A stretch of DNA of 64,000 bases, from NCBI GenBank assembly GCA_965205025.1, contig CBDBFU010000023.1:1-64000 (forward strand), given 5' to 3'. This document shows positions 62,335 to 64,000 of this stretch, in pieces. The notes below the pieces were generated by a model. The model was not told the origin of the DNA and searched no databases. It saw only the letters and a program-made list of their open reading frames with translations. The position numbers and the translations under genes are program-made. The stretch is from Candidatus Poribacteria bacterium. Lineage in GTDB: Bacteria > Poribacteria > WGA-4E > WGA-3G. Within the stretch, counting starts at the first letter, position 1; each line of letters starts with the position of its first letter.

Positions 62335-62829
62335 TCAAGATGTTCCATACTGTTCACATATTACTTCAATCAAGTTAGTTGTTGATTTACCTGGAACATT
62401 AATACCTACAACTACCTTACCACCATTTTCTTCAACAATTTCTCTTTCTACAAGCTGCTCTAATTTGTAATCTCCACCTTTTACATGAATGTTTGGTTTG
62501 AGATCTGAAAGTAATTCGATTGGTGTCAATTCAGGAAATATCACAACATAATCAACACATGCTAATCCTGCTAACATCTCTGCTCGTTCATCCTCAGGAA
62601 CAAGTGGACGATTCTCTCCTTTGAGTTGTCTAACAGAATCATCACTGTTAACAGCGACAACAAGAAGATCCCCCATCTTCCTTGCAGCCTGAAGATAACG
62701 TAAATGACCTAAGTGTAATACATCAAAACAACCATTTGTTGTTACGACAATTCTGCCTTGTTTTCTAAGGTCATTTAACTGCAATGATAGTTCAGATCGT
62801 GTATATATTTTCTTCTGTGTCATTATCAA
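62335..62829 (-). CDS. rfaE2: D-glycero-beta-D-manno-heptose 1-phosphate adenylyltransferase
   Basis: TNGCFDVLHLGH, NSDDSV..LKG..RP, KGGDY and STT motifs. Confidence 0.92.
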   Translation of the reverse strand: MIMTQKKIYTRSELSLQLNDLRKQGRIVVTTNGCFDVLHLGHLRYLQAARKMGDLLVVAVNSDDSVRQLKGENRPLVPEDERAEMLAGLACVDYVVIFPELTPIELLSDLKPNIHVKGGDYKLEQLVEREIVEENGGKVVVGINVPGKSTTNLIEVICEQYGTS

Positions 62830-62893
62830 CTTTACTTTATAAGTACTTTTTAAAAATTGCTGTCAAAATTGTTGATGTTATATTCATACATTA

Positions 62894-62922
62894 TTGCATA
62901 TTCACTATACTTTTGCTATAAT
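62894..62922 (+). promoter_or_regulatory. Sigma70-type promoter for the EF-Tu-like gene
   Basis: TTGCAT-17-TATAAT with extended -10 TG. Confidence 0.55.
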
Positions 62923-62977
62923 AAACAAACACTAAAACAAAATCCATCCACATCATACAATTCCTTACGGTGTAAAA

Positions 62978-64000
62978 ATGAATAAGAAAAAGACATCCAT
63001 TCATCAATCGTTACCTATATGCATGCTTGGTGCTAATGGACATGGTAAGACTACGTTAACAACTGGTATGGAAAGAGTCGTTGAAAAAATTGGAACAATT
63101 CGTTCAGATACCAATACTGATTTTGCTGATCAGTTGCCAAATCACCACCAGATATGTGAAGGAGTTGGTTTTACTTTTCGATCTATTGACTATGAAACAA
63201 GCGGAAAACACTATACACAGATAGATTGTAATACACATCAGGATATAATAAAATTATTAGTTAGTGGTACTCTGGATATTCAAGGTGCAATATGGGTAGT
63301 CGATGCAGATGAAGGTGTAACGCCAGAATCTGAAGAACTGGTTTATATTGCCAATCGTGTTAAAGTATCCAATATTGTATCATTCTTAAATATTCATAAT
63401 ACCGATGACAGTGAGTTAGTAAATATCTGTCAACATGAAATGAGAGAATTACTCACTGAATGTGGATGGAATGAGAATAATTCACCAATATTAGTTGGTG
63501 ATGCACATAATACATTAAACTATAAAACTGTAAATTTGGGTTCAGACCAATGGAAACCTATCGTTGATACCATTTCTGCATTAAACAGCATAATGCCGGA
63601 TCCAATTGATAAATCACATCTTCATCTGGTTTTACCTATACATGAAATTGTGAAGGAAAGTAAAGAGACTGTGACATTTTCAGGTGAATTAATACAAGGT
63701 CATCTTTCTGTAGGTCAATCCATTGATATTGTTGGCAAAGGAGACAGGGTTAAAACAAAATGTTTAAATATTAAAGAAGATGAAATAACAGTAGAATCTG
63801 AACCAGACTGGTTATCTGTTGGACAGGTTGTATGTTCCCCAAAGACTATAAAAGCACATACAGAATTTATAGCTATTGTTTATTTACTAAGCCAGGAAGA
63901 AAGCGGAACACATATCCCTATAATTCAAAATGATAAGCTTGATATCCACCTATGGGGTATAGATGTTCATGCACGTGTTCAACTTCCACCAGAACTATCA
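62978..64000 (+). CDS. Highly divergent EF-Tu paralogue, runs off the window end
   Basis: 341 stop-free codons translated by hand; colinear with EF-Tu (GKTTLT, YET..HY..DC..H.D, GAI.VV.A..G, E.RELL, HTEF...VYLLS.EE.G.H.P). Confidence 0.85.
   Translation, partial: MNKKKTSIHQSLPICMLGANGHGKTTLTTGMERVVEKIGTIRSDTNTDFADQLPNHHQICEGVGFTFRSIDYETSGKHYTQIDCNTHQDIIKLLVSGTLDIQGAIWVVDADEGVTPESEELVYIANRVKVSNIVSFLNIHNTDDSELVNICQHEMRELLTECGWNENNSPILVGDAHNTLNYKTVNLGSDQWKPIVDTISALNSIMPDPIDKSHLHLVLPIHEIVKESKETVTFSGELIQGHLSVGQSIDIVGKGDRVKTKCLNIKEDEITVESEPDWLSVGQVVCSPKTIKAHTEFIAIVYLLSQEESGTHIPIIQNDKLDIHLWGIDVHARVQLPPELS

Noticed and set aside
556-62378. Numerous short ORFs antisense to or nested in long genes
   Set aside because: They overlap well-supported CDSs and have no recognisable motifs.
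62978-64000. Canonical tuf or selB
   Set aside because: G2, G3 and G4 are degenerate and the context is not ribosomal; the SelB C-terminal extension cannot be assessed here.

Overview
AT-rich bacterial chromosomal window of about 50 genes; no rRNA, tRNA or CRISPR array was seen. Gene content suggests Candidatus Poribacteria or a relative (inference): four PhyH dioxygenases, a sulfatase, LamG, LRR, WD40 and TPR secreted proteins sharing a C-terminal 'KLxxxW' tail, and a microcompartment vertex gene. It also holds sugar-acid catabolism genes, a type II R-M pair, two toxin-antitoxin pairs, an ATPase plus putative nuclease pair, an RND pump and one intact IS701-family element. About ten single-base frameshifts, nearly all in homopolymers, look like long-read errors rather than pseudogenes. 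Most notable: (1) a strongly degenerate EF-Tu paralogue at the right edge, missing from the ORF track; (2) at least five MITE families that carry REP-like hairpins and nest site-specifically in one another; (3) a 1.6 kb promoter-led array of symmetric iteron-like modules; (4) a shared C-terminal putative sorting signal on unrelated secreted proteins; (5) an eutN-kinase-regulator operon whose regulator lacks GAFTGA; (6) two unannotated tandem micro membrane proteins.
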